A stretch of 64,000 bases of DNA. Source: Octopus vulgaris (Eukaryota). Position numbers and translations under genes: made by a program. Shown here piece by piece: positions 48,560-62,815 of this stretch (position 1 is the first letter of the stretch; the number at the start of each line of letters is the position of its first letter). Where the stretch lies: positions 3,534,001 through 3,598,000 of the forward strand of contig OX597834.1 in the NCBI GenBank assembly GCA_951406725.2, given 5' to 3'. The notes beneath the pieces were generated by a model. The model ran no database searches. It worked only from the letters and a program-made list of their open reading frames with translations, and was not told the DNA's origin.

Positions 48560-49089
48560 TCTATATATATAAAACTGTAGTTGTGTGAGTGTCTGGCCCC
48601 TTCGATTTAGATTCCTAACTACTCCCACATTTTGCGGTGCAGTTTAACCAAATTCGGGTATCTTATAGTCGTGATTCATATCGAGCCCGTCTGGCTATTA
48701 GCGCGCGTCTACGATGAGTCTACGATTTTAAAAATAATTTAACATCATTTTTTATTCCATTTTAATGCACATTTTTTCGTGTGTCGATGGCGGCGGAGTT
48801 GGCGTCCACGCTCACGCCTGCACCTGTTTGCTTCTCCCCTTCTTCCCTCCCTCGTGAAGCTGTGGGGAAGGGAGTGTAAGGAAATCAACGTCGTAATGCG
48901 TTGTCAAGGAGACCAGCGTTCTTTTAGAACAACGACTTCATGGCTTGAAGACACTGAGTCAACGATTTAAAAAAAAATTATCATAATTTTTTATTCCATT
49001 TTTAATGCATTTTTTTGTTATAACTCTCTAAAAATGCTTATATAGTTATTTCCCTTACAAACCCGAGCAACGCCGGGCGATACTGCTAG
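48560..49089 (+). mobile_element. Non-autonomous Helitron (unit 3 copy)
   Basis: Paralog of 4547-5076. Confidence 0.75.
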
Positions 49090-49624
49090 TATGAAATAAA
49101 ATTAAATTACGCACGTAAAACAATATCGGTTGCACATGTGTTTTGTTTAAACGGCCATTTGCTGCGGGATAGCATCCTGGCAAAGCTCCCTATACGACGC
49201 TGTTAAAGAACATCGAGTGTCCCAGACCAGGCGAGACAACCCGTCCCGAAGTGATCGACAATGGTATATATTGACATTTCGCCATTATCGAGGCTCCTCA
49301 ATGTGTTTGGATCTCCTCGAAACGAAAGGAATCGCTGGTCTGGGACATGTTATATAACTGTTCAGCATTTGGTAGATCGAGGCAAATTTCTACTGCGTCA
49401 CCTGCTATGCCTCCGTGTTGCTGGGGGGGGGGGGTGCAGCATTGTGTGTTCTTTCTGATGTTGGGAGTGTGTGGACTCTTCTCGGTGCTGTGTTGTGTTA
49501 GTCTTTCCCCCCTTGAGGTGTGGTGCCGTCTTTTGTTCTATTCTGTGTTGAGTGTGTAATGCTCTGGTTTTTCTAGCCTGCTGGTGGATTTTATTTCACT
49601 GGACACACGCTGTATAGAGTGTGT

Positions 49625-50080
49625 CTTGTAGGTTGTTTTCTCCACTTTTTTGACAATATTTTGGTGATTAGGGACTGCAATGTCTATCAGTAAGTAGATG
49701 TTTTTTCCCCTAATCCTTGACAATTATGTCTGGGCGATTAGCTTTTATTTATTTGTCGGTTTGAACCGGCAAATCACAGATGATCTTTGTCTTGTACCTT
49801 GCTTGGCATATGTTTATACCACCTGCTGTCAGTTTTGATGTTGTAATGTGGGCATATTATCCAGTGGATATAATTGCTTGCTTTACCGTGTCTGTATACA
49901 TATTCAGATTTGGTAAGGACTGGACAGCCCGAGATAATGTGGTCAACTGTCTCATTGTGCTGGCTGCACATTCTGCATTTGATGTTGTGACTTGTTTTCA
50001 TTATTTTGGTTTTATAATTGTGTGTAATCAGGCATTACAAACATTACAAAAATCCAGAGATCATTCTCAAATAATTTTCA
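49625..50080 (-). mobile_element. Decayed RLE LINE fragment (unit 3 copy, internal deletion near 49635)
   Basis: Paralog of 5620-6300, lacking roughly 230 bp. Confidence 0.7.
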
Positions 50081-51760
50081 GTTCCTTTACTGATCATTTC
50101 AAGTGTTCCTACAATCACTGGTATTGTAACCGTCTTGAGATGTGTGGTCTTATTAAATGTTGTTTAGCTTTGACTTTTGTCTTGTACTCGAGATAATAAT
50201 AAATATGTGAGGGTTGGAGTTAAAACTATTCCTGCCTCAGGGCTTGCAAATTCCAAGTTCATATCATACGAATAAAAATAAGAAAATGTCGTATTGTGCA
50301 ATGAACAAAGAAGTCATTTTGTGCAATGTTGTTTCGGGGGAGTTGAGTGACAAATAAAATGGGACGAATTTTCATTATGGGCGACGGACACAAGCTTGTC
50401 TCCACATGAATCTTAGTCTCTCAAGCGTAAACCATTGGAAAATAGATAAGAGTGGCTTGTGTAAATGTGGGAATTTTTGAGTGACGAGCACGTACTCACC
50501 AACTACTCTACCCCCTCAGCTTGGAGTACAGATAGACATGTCGATGAAATAAAGTCCTTAGTTTGATACATCAGAGTAAAGGCTACAAACAATATATAAT
50601 GCAAAATAAAAAAAAAACGAACTATGAATTTTGCAAGAAAGGCAAACTGTTAGAAGACCAATCTAAAATGGGATGGTACGTGTGTGGTATTGCTGACTAT
50701 GACATTAAATATCGCTGACCATATTTTACCATGAAAAGAGCTGACCTCGTATGAGGTACACGGAGAGGAAGGCGGAATAAAGATGGCAGAGCTGACAATT
50801 ACCTGAGAGGTGAAAACCAGTGGCGAGTTTGATTTGGGACGAGGGAAGGTACATCAAGCTGGCAAAATACTGGATGAAAAACAACATGCTCTCCTGTGGG
50901 AGTGAATGTTAGAAAATTTGTTAGAACCAGGGCTCAGTCGATGCGGAGAAGCTTTGTAAAGCGCCAAAAGAAAGAAACAAACTTTCAATGAAACTGTCAG
51001 CAACCGCAGAGAAAGCAAATCATTGTATATGGCTCATGAGATAAGATTTAATGTATTTAGTACAGCGAGGAACTTCTGATCTGTAACAGCTGGCTTTAAG
51101 GTTGACAGTGACATATGGCTGAAAGTCATGATGTCTGACTGTGTAAAAAGTATCGTCACCTTTATTTATGGGTGATCCTGAGTAGTTTTGATGAAATCTC
51201 TACATCCGCATTCTTCGGAGACGAAATACAATACAAATACGATTGATACGGAAGACGGAGTGTAACTAGAAGCTATATTGGCACAACAATCGTTTCGGCT
51301 TCATTCTGCAGTGCTCCCTCGTAGGTGTGCGACGATGTAATGACATTAGATGCAACGCACAGTGAAGTAAGCCTCATCAGGTGACGTAACATGCTTCAAA
51401 AGTTAACAGATTTACATTTTCTTTTCGCTCCAAGTTATATGCTGGTGGTGAGTTGCTCGCAGTTCAGATACATTTCGGTTAAGTGAGGAAGATGTAGTCA
51501 GGAAGAAACTAGAAAAATAAATCACAAGAATCTAATGTAAATAGGGATGAGGGGGTGTTTATAGTTGTGGTCAAGAAGTGGTTGTTAAAAAATAGAAGAA
51601 AAAATAATAAAAATAAAATACACAGAATTGAAGGTTAACGGAGGTGTGTATGAAGGAGGGTGTTTATGGCATTGGATCGAACAGCTTTAGCGTGTGGAGG
51701 CAGTCAAGCGCGATGGCGTGGTCGAGAATTTGGTGGGTGTGTGATTCTAGTCTTATATGA

Positions 51761-51992
51761 AGGCGGCGAGCTGGCAGAAACGTTAGCACGCTGGGCGAAA
51801 TGCGTAGCCATATTTCGTCTGCCGTTACTATTTGAGTTCAAATTCCGCCGAGGTCGACTTTGCCTTTCATCCTTTCGGGGTCGATAAATTAAGTACCAGT
51901 TGCGCACTGGGGTCGATGTAATCGACTTGATCCCTTTGTCTGTCCTTGTTTGTCCCCACTATGTTTAGCCCCTTGTGGGTAATAAAGAAATA
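51761..51992 (+). mobile_element. tRNA-derived SINE (unit 3 copy)
   Basis: Paralog of 8405-8636. Confidence 0.8.
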
Positions 51993-52833
51993 TATAAATA
52001 TAAATATACATACATACTTACACATACAACAGTGATGTAAAAATTACACATTCACACTAACTCAGAGTATAGCAATTTACATTTGTAATCATTGATCTAG
52101 AATCTGGCAAATAGAGTAACAGGCAATAGCTTTCCAATTGATGACAGTATAATATATAAAAGAAGATGAGGAAACGAAAAATCGCACACACACACACACA
52201 CATACACACAAACACACAAACAAGTACAAACATGCACATTTAGATAAAGGTTTAAAGTGACACGTACACTCGAATGCAAGAACGGTACATTGTTACACAT
52301 TTGTTATCTCCGATTTTAGTTGTAGCTAACACAATTAGTCATGCAAATTACTAATTCATGAAAAAGGACTTGGAGACAAAGATACATACACACAAGTTCA
52401 GGTACAGGCATGCGCATGTACATGCATACACATATATAGAGAGGCTGATGTAAACTCTCTCAAACACGACAGAGAAGTACTCTGGCACTCATTTTAACGT
52501 AATGTATATCCACGCGCAGAACGTCGCTAACTGTGGTATTTTGTCTCAGAAAATTTCTCCTGGGAAACTTTGAGTATTATAAAACAGAGTTCACTGAGAA
52601 TGATGCCAGTGCATTATCAGATACCAGTCCTTCAGCATTATTTGGCCTCCGCAGTGGTTGAACATCACAGGACATTCTGAGGTAAGTCGGAACCTTCGTT
52701 GCAATATAGAAATTAGTAAACAAGACATTCATTGATTTGTATGATAGCTTGCCTTCGTACTTCGAACAGCATTATATTAAAATAACAATAGTTGTAACAT
52801 TTAAAGTGTATATAAAAAGTAGCTGTAATATTC

Positions 52834-53472
52834 TGTAACGGAGAAGTTACGTCTTGTTGCAGAGAAGACGTGGTCTAAAATGTGTAGTGACCCTATAGCG
52901 GTGCGCGCTCGCGCACCGTCCATTTGTATTTCGCGCGTGTTGGTGCCTTTACCAAGGCACAGAAAGGAAGGGCCCTCTCGCGCATGCGCGAACCACCGGA
53001 AGCACGACCCTGGCCAAGGCAGGGGGATCGTAGAACGTTTGACCACTAGCAGCAGCAAGCGGCGACTTGGGACCCAGCGATTGAAGGCGGCGGTCACGCA
53101 TATATTCTCTCCGTCTGAACTAGCTTCTAGCAGTCCTTACCAAAAGGGCTTTAACCTGGATTGTTGCAGACCAACATCGTCTCCATTGTTCGACGCCATC
53201 TTGGACCCTTTCTGTTTTTGGCGGCTGGACATTGTAAATATTACAATCGATTTACTTTCAGCCTTGCGCGCCCCGAACCAAGGACATCAGATAACACACT
53301 TATTGTTATTGTTACCAAGAAAGAGAATAAAGTAGTTATATATATTTTACGTCTGCGTCTTGTTGTTTCTGACTAGTAGAATTCTGGATTATTAAAGCAA
53401 CGGCTAGTGAGTGATTGCTTTCTTGTACCCCGAAAGTACAAGACAAGACAAACTCACGCTAAGTTCGTTACA
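52834..53472 (+). mobile_element. Putative solo LTR (unit 3 copy)
   Basis: Paralog of 9478-10114. Confidence 0.6.
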
Positions 53473-55584
53473 AATGAAACAGAAGTTGAAATTTTTAATA
53501 ATTTTTTCACCCGAATCGCAACGTCTAGAAAACACATAACCAGACACATACAATATTCCACACTGCGCCGATCTTAGGACACTTGAAGTCAGACAGTTGG
53601 TGGGAATCTTCTCAAATTTATGGCAATTATCTCTGATAAAACTCTGTCAGCTGGCCCCCGCTAAAATAGTTATGTCCCTCCATGTCCATCACAAGAAAAA
53701 CGCAATGTACATTTTGGAATCCTGAAGTATTCCATTGTTGCTACAGATCCATAAACCTTTGCTAAATCTAACTACAAAACATTCAGCATATCCTTCTTTT
53801 CACATTCAATGGTTTTCCCACCAGCCAGATATTTTTGCATTACATAATTTCTGGACTGGGCTGTCAATATAGTCTTTGTTTTTCTCTCTTTCTCTCTCTC
53901 ATAAATTTATTTGTGAAAGTGTGTTGTTCATAGGCTCTCTTCTCTTTTATACATTCATTTTTATTTTTGCAATTAAGGTATGTGTCCTATGAATCTTTTT
54001 ATCTTAATTTTAGTTATAGCAAGGTATAGCAACTGACATACTTGCTGTGTGATTGGCCCTGGGCCAATTCTTCAACGCTAAACACGAAGTTTGCATTGTC
54101 AGAGTTAAGGTGCTTGCTGTAAGGCAAGGAGGAACAAAAGCGGCTCGTGGGCCCGTGTGGCAGAAGTGCAACGTTGCATCAAAGCCATTATTCGGTCTTT
54201 AGTGGATAAAATGGGCGCATGGTACTTGAGGTCAAGCAGATGTTTGAGGAACGAGATTTTTTATGTATGTTCGTATTTCAATAAATACCTCCTGTCAGAA
54301 TTTAAAAGTCGACCAATGGACACTCAGTAAACGATTAACATCTGGTTTACGTTTGCTTGACATCGAATTATCGTAACGTTGGTTATCTCCCCTGTGAGAG
54401 TGTCTTTAATCTTTTCGTCCATCCAAGACACCGTTCTTTCATTTTTATTGTCATCACCTTGTTTCTGACATTGTCTGGACTGTCCTGATAGTACTTTTGT
54501 TTAGAAACATCCCCCGTTTTGCAGAGAGTGCATATCAATATTTTTTTTTATATATTCGCCAACTATCGGAGAAAGCAAATATTTTGCTATTTTCCAAATA
54601 ATTTGAAGCATGGCTGAGAAAGAAGTAATCATAATGTTCGACGACGCGTTCCTCGTCGGAGAAAAAGAATACTGGCGTAGCTTTGACAACAGTAAAGGAC
54701 ATCGCCGCCTCACCAGCGAAAGTAAAATCCGAGCCTAATACACTTTCGTCTCTAAGCTTATTAGTCTGCTTCAGCTGGTGCTGTTCAGGGATAGAAGTAA
54801 GATGAACTACACGAGCTTAGGCAGACTACTATGGTCCCTTAAAGATTGAAACCAGAGCTTTACCACAGAGTAGGGGATAATTAGTATGGCTAAGCTGTAT
54901 GGAAGAGGGGTAAATAAATGTTATGTATGGAAGAACTGTATCAAATCTTTACATCGAGACACAAATTACTTAATAGCAAGCTGGAACCGATCCTAAGATT
55001 CTTGCATAAACATAGCAAGACTTTTAAGAAATTTAACACACGTTCTAGATAACTGAGTAGTAAAGATAAAAGCACAACTCCCCAAATACATAGTCTCTTT
55101 TTCAGTCAATCAAGTATATATTCCTTTACCTTTCAACGACTCAGCATAGTTAACACCACAGCTACGAAAATATCTGAATAACTTAGAAGATAACACGGAA
55201 CTGAACCACCCGACAATAATATACAAGAACTATACTTAAAAGCAAGCTTATTAAGTACAAAGTACCCAACTACTACAATATACCAAGAAACCCGCGAAAA
55301 TAGTAACATAAACTTTGACCCAATTAAATAGAACCTTGACTTCGGCCAGCAACAGGTGTGAAACCGAGGTCAACCACACAAGTTTACAAACAGATCAGAT
55401 TTTAGATTCAAACCAATCTCACCCCACTTCTTGAACCAGTAAACAACTAATTGAATTCAGGTGGCTTAGAGCCAAGCTGGTTCAAAGACCCTGGACAGAA
55501 AACTATGCCCGGTTGTATATGCAACTGCATGTACTCTCTGCCGTGAAGGTCGTCGTAACCATAAAAAGGACATTCCGTATGACA

Positions 55585-55979
55585 TCTTTATATATAAAAG
55601 AGAGGTTGTGTGTCTGTCTGCTACGATTTAGATTCCTAACTACTCCCACATTTTGCGGTGCAGTTTAACCAAAACCGGGTATCTTATAGTCGTGATACAT
55701 ATCGAGCCCTTCTGGGTATTAGCGCGCGTCTACGATGAGTCTACGATTTAAAAAAAAAATTACCATCATGTTTTTCCATTTTAATGCATTTTTTCGCTAT
55801 TATATAAGGGAAGTAACTCTCTAAAAATGTCTACGATGAGTCAACGATTTAAAAAAATTTACCATCATTTTTTTCCATTTTTAATGCATTTTTTTGCTAT
55901 GTTTTGGCTATAACTCTCTAAAAATGCTTATATAGTTATTTCCCTTACAAACCCGAGCAACGCCGGGCGATACTGCTAG
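55585..55979 (+). mobile_element. Non-autonomous Helitron, shorter variant (unit 3 copy)
   Basis: Paralog of 29061-29456. Confidence 0.75.
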
Positions 55980-55982
55980 TTG

Positions 55983-57353
55983 TAAAATAAAATGCTTCAG
56001 AATTGCCAAGTTAACAGTTTGACCAGGAGGAACTAATTCTGTGTGGACAACTCCTTTCGCATTAATGAAACAAATTAGCATCGTCTTAACATTGGACTTT
56101 ACTTGACACGTTTTTTGTGGTGTGGTGACATCGAATGCTTCCATTGACTTAATTGCTGCTTCGTTTCCAAATCGTAGCCGTAGCACCATCTTTCGTCAGG
56201 AGTGATGACCTTCGAAAAAAAGGTCCGGATCAATTTCTAACTATTCTTTCAGTTCATGACACACATTCAGTCGTGACCGTTTTTGATCTTCCGTGAGCAA
56301 ATGAAGAACAAATTTTGTTGCAACTCTTTTCGTTCGCAATTCCTCGTTCAGAATTCGTAAGCAGGATCTCCAGGACACAGCAGTCATATCAACACGTTCG
56401 TCAATTGTTCAGTGACGGTCCTCCAAGATCAGTTCATGAGTTTTCATGATTTTTCATTCGTTCTGGAGGTCAATGGTCGTCCTGAACGAGGTTGGTCTTC
56501 AAGCGACAAGTGACCATTCCTAAAGCATGTGTAGGCATCTAGCTTGACCCTGCCTGAGATTTGAAACCAAATCCACCTGTTTGTTGCTTGTCAAAACTAG
56601 CGGGAAATCTTCTGCACACCAGTTGATTGATGAGAAAACACTCGACCCCCTACGACCTGTGCTGGTCAAGGAAAGGTCAGTCTTTTGTTTAAGGTTTGAC
56701 CTATATTACTAACCATAGTTTATATAACAGAGAGAATTTCCTATCTCTTCCTCTGATGTGTCAGCTATGACCAACGAGCAACACGCTCTTTTGCGTTAGT
56801 CATGACCAAGAACAGCAGTTTCTTCGGCCGCAAGAAAGACGATGCCACCTTTATTCTTTCTTCCTTTCTAGTCAGCATCGTGCATGCCTTACTCTTTCAC
56901 TCTCTGCTGACCGACAACCTTCTTCTACACTATCAACTACTAACTAGTGAGCCAACCTTGAAGAATTGCTATTGTCTCTTCAACTAACTGTCGGGTAAAC
57001 GAATAAACATATGCAAATAATATTTCTTCCTTCTTGGTGTTGATTCTTCGATCTTCATTGGCTACTCCGACGGGAGCACCCTGAAGCGTTACATCTACAC
57101 CCTACATTCTGTAGTGGGCTACATCATATCCACATGATATAGCACATCACATCTAGCCCGCTATACGTGGAAACCACTCGTAAACTTGTGTTTTGCTCAA
57201 AAGCGGCTTCCTTGAAGCGTGACAGCTGTTTCGGTTGTCGTTTCTCCCGGTAGAAAACGGAATTTCACGGAAGCACGCTGTTCCTTTGTTTTCATCCACC
57301 GCAAAAATCGACGAACAGAGGAGAAGCACTGCAAAACAAAGAAGGCACCCACA
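55983..57353 (-). mobile_element. Decayed mariner relic (unit 3 copy)
   Basis: Paralog of 29460-30830. Confidence 0.72.
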
Positions 57354-57742
57354 GTATGGCCTCAATAGAAAACGCCGGTCGGAAGCCTGACCTACCACGG
57401 GCTTATCACACAGAACGTTTCTGTTTTCTTTTGGGTACCCCATCGTATACTAAACCTGCAAAGTAACTTATTCCTTAAATGCGGGTACATATGTGCACGC
57501 ACCATTGTTCATTTACCGAATAGTCAGCCTTCACTATATTTTTTTGAATGCCCTGATATGAAAAGGTGAACAAATTTGATATCAGGTATCTCAAATAATT
57601 AATCACGAAATTCATTAATACATATAACAACAGACACACACACACACACACACTCACACACTCACACACACACAAACACAGACACACACACACACACACT
57701 CTCTTACACACACACACACACTCTCTTACACACACACACACA

Positions 57743-57775
<33 letters not shown>

Positions 57776-58815
57776 GCGCGCGCGCATTCTCGGTTTTCGT
57801 TTGATCCAAATTGACACTCGTGTGTACACAAGCACACACACAGACACTTAGAAATGCAGACACGTACACACGCACACACAAATACTCACTCATTCTTCTA
57901 CCCCCCCCCACATGTGTATTTAAAAAAAAAAAATTATCCAAACTGTTTTAATTGTAATTAACGTGGATGTTGCAACGAATATCAAAGTCCAAGACACTGT
58001 TGTTGTATTTTGTATTATTCAGACATCGTTTTCTCCTGGTAACAAAGGATTGTGCTTAGATAACAAACACAGTGATGTTTCGGTCGATGACGCATGGGAA
58101 ATACATAACAAAAAAACATATATGTATATATATGTATGTATATATAATCAACCATAGAGTTAAACCAGTGCATCGGTTAATATTGGCATAATGACTCTCT
58201 ACAGACACAACAAAATGATAAACTTACGAAGGTGAGTCTCCCTTTTATTTTACCTGTCGTCTACTATTTCGCTTCCTATTTCCTTAGTCTAATGAATGGA
58301 TTGGCTCTTGGAGGTCCATGTGAGACTTTGCTGTTAAAATTCTTGTGCAATAAATTGGTTATATAGGCGTAGGCGAGGCTGTGAGGTAAGACGCTTGCTT
58401 CCCAACCACATGGTTCCGAGTTCAGTCTCACTGCGTGGCACCTTCGGCAAATGTTTAATATAGCCTCGGGCCGACCAGAGCCTGGTGAGTAGATTTGGTA
58501 CAAGGAAACTGAAATAAGTCCGTAGTATCTATCTATCTGTGATACACGATCCCTATTGATCGTTTTTTTTTCCTCGTCCCCTTTTTTTCCTTTTTTTTCT
58601 TCTTTTTTCATTTTTCTTTTCTTTTGTTCCTTTTCCTTTTTTTCATTTCCTTTTTTTGTTCTTTTTTTCCTTTTACGATCCCTTTTGATCGAAAACCTAC
58701 GCCACCTTTTTTTCTTTTGTTTTTTGTTATTTTTCATCCCCCAAAAGAAAAGCTCTACCTTGTAACTTGTCCCATCTGTGTGCAGCCCTGTGTGGCCAAT
58801 AAAGAAACTTATCTG

Positions 58816-58898
<83 letters not shown>

Positions 58899-58965
58899 GT
58901 GTGTGTGCATTTATGTATGTGTGTATGTGTGTGTATATATATATATGTATATATTTATATATGTG

Positions 58966-59001
<36 letters not shown>

Positions 59002-59027
59002 TGTATGTATGTATGTATGTATGTATG

Positions 59028-59075
<48 letters not shown>

Positions 59076-59169
59076 ATATAAATAAGGATAAGATCGTTAT
59101 TTTAATTATCGATCTTATCAGGTGGCCAGTATGGGAATAAAAACCTTCAAAGGTAATAATTATTATTAA

Positions 59170-59272
59170 AATTATAATTTAGGGTATCTAAGAGATACCG
59201 CCACGCTGGAAATAGAGTCAAGTTTTGGCTGCTATTTCCAGCGTGAATGTATCTCTTAGATACCCTAAATTA

Positions 59273-59277
<5 letters not shown>
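59170..59277. repeat. ~108-bp fold-back, unit 3 copy
   Basis: Same sequence as 32577-32684, followed by the empty (TA)n site. Confidence 0.9.
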
Positions 59278-59338
<61 letters not shown>

Positions 59339-60462
59339 TACATACATATATGCACATACCTACATCTATATGTATATATACATGCATATATGGGTACAGG
59401 ACATTAAAAAACGTTGAACACAATGAGAAACGAAAACATAAAATCAAAAAGATAGAAAACTTTTTTGGGGCTTCATGCAGGCCTAGAGTAGATTAGAGTA
59501 GATTCGTAAGCCAAAGTCTACCCACGGGCCCGAGGTGCAGGCGTGTCAGTGAAACTGTCGTACACGCCTTCGTACATGGTGAAGAACTGAGGGGATTGAT
59601 AACCCATGCGGAACAACTGGTGTCAGATACGGAAAGAGTACGGTTATCGACTGAGTCTTCATCAAGATTGTACCGCCTCCCTCTTGGAACAAGGATAAGA
59701 AGGCGTAGAAGAGGAATCGAGACAGGCAACTTTATCTCCGGACACGGGTTGGTTAGTTTTTTTTTAACTACCACCTGCCCAGGGAAGATGAGTCTGGAGA
59801 GGAGGTGCCTCTGCCTCAAAGAGCGTTGGAGAAAAGATGGACAAATGTAAGGAAGTTGAGAGTGAATGGGGCTACGCCGGTGTAGCCGGTCTGAACGGAA
59901 AAGAAGGAAAAGAAAAACGGAAGAACAATGAAACGAAAAATTATTATAAAGAGTAAAAAAGAGAAAAAAAAAAACCCCGGCGGGTCGAACAGAAATCCGG
60001 AAAAATATATTATTATTTAATTTTTAATTCATTTAATTCGTTTCGATTTCATTGTATTTTTCAAATTCATTCGAATTCATTATATCGAACTAAATAATGT
60101 ATAACCCCAGTCCCTAAATGTGTTTGTTTTGCCCTTGTTTTGTCCCCTCTATGTGAGCCATGTATTGGCAATAAAGAAATCAGTGTGAACCGAGTCAGGC
60201 TGACCGGCGGCTCAACGAAACGCAGTCTGTGAATGGAAAAGCAGAAAAAGGACAGCCATGGTAACTCACCAAGGGAAGCAGCGATTTTGTCCAACCACCC
60301 TCACTTTCCATTAACTCACTTTCTATTCTCTGTAACATTACCATATCTCTCTCTTTATACTACCATGAGATCGTGTACACACACATACACAGGCGGCCAA
60401 AATTAACTTTCATTACCTTGCATGCTTTACGAACTGTGTTATACTATTACACAAGCCGAGCC

Positions 60463-60535
<73 letters not shown>

Positions 60536-61278
60536 TATATAAATTAATCAAAATAAAAACATGATTTGGCATCATGTTTTAATTTTGATTAATTTACTCC
60601 ACCACCTACACCACCAAACGGTATATACAGGTGCTTACAATTATCAAGTACTCACCCTGAATTTCTCTCTCTCTCTCTATATATATATAAATATATGCAT
60701 ACATACATATATGCACATACCTACATCTATATGTATATATACATGCATATATGAGTACAGGACATTAAAAAACGTTGAACACAATGAGAAACGAAAACAT
60801 AAAAAGAAAAACATAGAAAACTTTATTAAAGTAACGGTAAATAAATACTTCTTTACAACTTCGATCTCTGTTCTTCTTTCATCTTTCACATCTTACAATA
60901 TGCCGTGGTAATAAATCTTTGCTGTTCACACACACACACGCTTTTTCTTTTCCAATTTTTATTATCTGCTTCAGCTCGTGAGCTGTGGCCGTGCTGAATA
61001 CCACTATTGGTTTTGCTACGTTTTCCTTAATACTCTTTCTATGGTTGGCTTGGTGAATGAGGGAGTTCAACATTACCACTTTCGATTGCCTTTCCTGATG
61101 TGAAGTTGGCTCATCTGGGACTTTTGACTAGGAAATCCATTTCTGGTTTGAAGACGTCTGTATCCACTCCATGTAGGTCTCTCATGTCTTTTCAGGAGGA
61201 TATTGAAAGACTGTGAGCACTTATATCATAAACTGTTGCAGTATCCGGTCCTGTATTTCGACGGTATGGGTGGGATCT

Positions 61279-61498
61279 GGCAGAAACGATAGCGCGCCGG
61301 GCGAAATGCTTAGCGGTATTTCGTCTGTCGTTACGTTGTGAGTTCAAATTCCGCCGAGGTCGACTTTGCCTTTCATCCTTTCGGGGTCGATAAATTAAGT
61401 ACCAGTTATGCACTGGGGTCGATGTAATCGACTTAATACCTATGTCTGTCCTTGTTTGTCCCCTCTATGTTTAGCCCCTTGTGGGTAATAAAGAAATA
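61279..61498 (+). mobile_element. SINE with 16-bp TSD (unit 3 copy)
   Basis: Paralog of 12371-12590. Confidence 0.85.
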
Positions 61499-62139
61499 GG
61501 TATGGGTGGGATCTTTGGCACTACGCTCTGGAATTTTTGTAACTTCCAATGCCAAAGTAAGGTCCAGGACAAGACGTTCCATATCTTCCAAGTGTATATT
61601 ACACCTCATCTTTCCACCCTCCGCACCTGGGAGTCACAACCTTTTCAGTTTTTACCAATAACAATTCTATTACACTGAGACAATCTTCATTGAATTGCTT
61701 CAAGTTCAGCCACTCATTGTACTCTATGTGGTGGCCATTGTGGGAATCAGTGGTCAAAAAGCCCTAGGACAAATATCCCCCAGAGGGCTCTCATGGTTTC
61801 TTGTTGTCATAGGTGCCCTGGGAATGATAGCAAAAGGGGCTGATTGCTACCTAACTCAGATACTAGGAAACCCCAAAACGGTAGAAATTCAAAAGATAGT
61901 GCTCATGGGAACTGCCCATATCCATACTGTCTCTGTTTTAAAACAAACTCATAATTTTCTTATGGTTTCTTAAACATTCTCTAAAACAATATTATTTACA
62001 TTATTTACATCAGACGGATATTTGTCCTCATTTTGTTTGATGTTAATACAACGTTTCGGATGATATACCCTCCAGCCTTCATCAGGGGTCTTGGGGAAAT
62101 TTCGAACCTGGGTTCTCATTCTTAAGGTATTTTTTGAAG

Positions 62140-62216
<77 letters not shown>

Positions 62217-62771
62217 GAGTGAGAGAGCAGTGCATGCCATCAAAGTGACACTGGGGTAAAATATACGAAGCCCGGTATACCCATCATGACTACCCCGTCT
62301 GATAAGGGTACATTAGGCACATGCATCACAACCATATGTGCTCGACGTGGTGATCTCATATCAAGTTAAACAGCGCATGACCTTGCAGGTGGGGCCCAGT
62401 TAGAATTTTCTTCTGGTCAAGTAGCCCATCCCGCTCAAAAGGTCCCTGAATGAGGATTGTTTAAGGATGTTGAACGAACTACGCATGTTTCCAAAGGTGA
62501 ATTATCCAAACCTCCAAGAATTCCTTTCAACATACGGCTATGATGCTCCCCCGTTACTTCTGTTCGTGGTCAGAGATGCACATATCGTCAGCCACTAAGG
62601 GACACGCTCAACTGGTTAAGGTAAAACAACTGACAAGCAAATCTGTGGTATTGAGCAGAATATTTGCTGTAGCCCATCTTTTATACCAAGACAAAACAAT
62701 GTACATGATAACACTTCCAATCAGTTAAGATCAGAAGCCACGAGAGCCACTGCCTGGTACTGCATCAGGGA

Positions 62772-62805
<34 letters not shown>

Positions 62806-62815
62806 GTTGTTGTTG

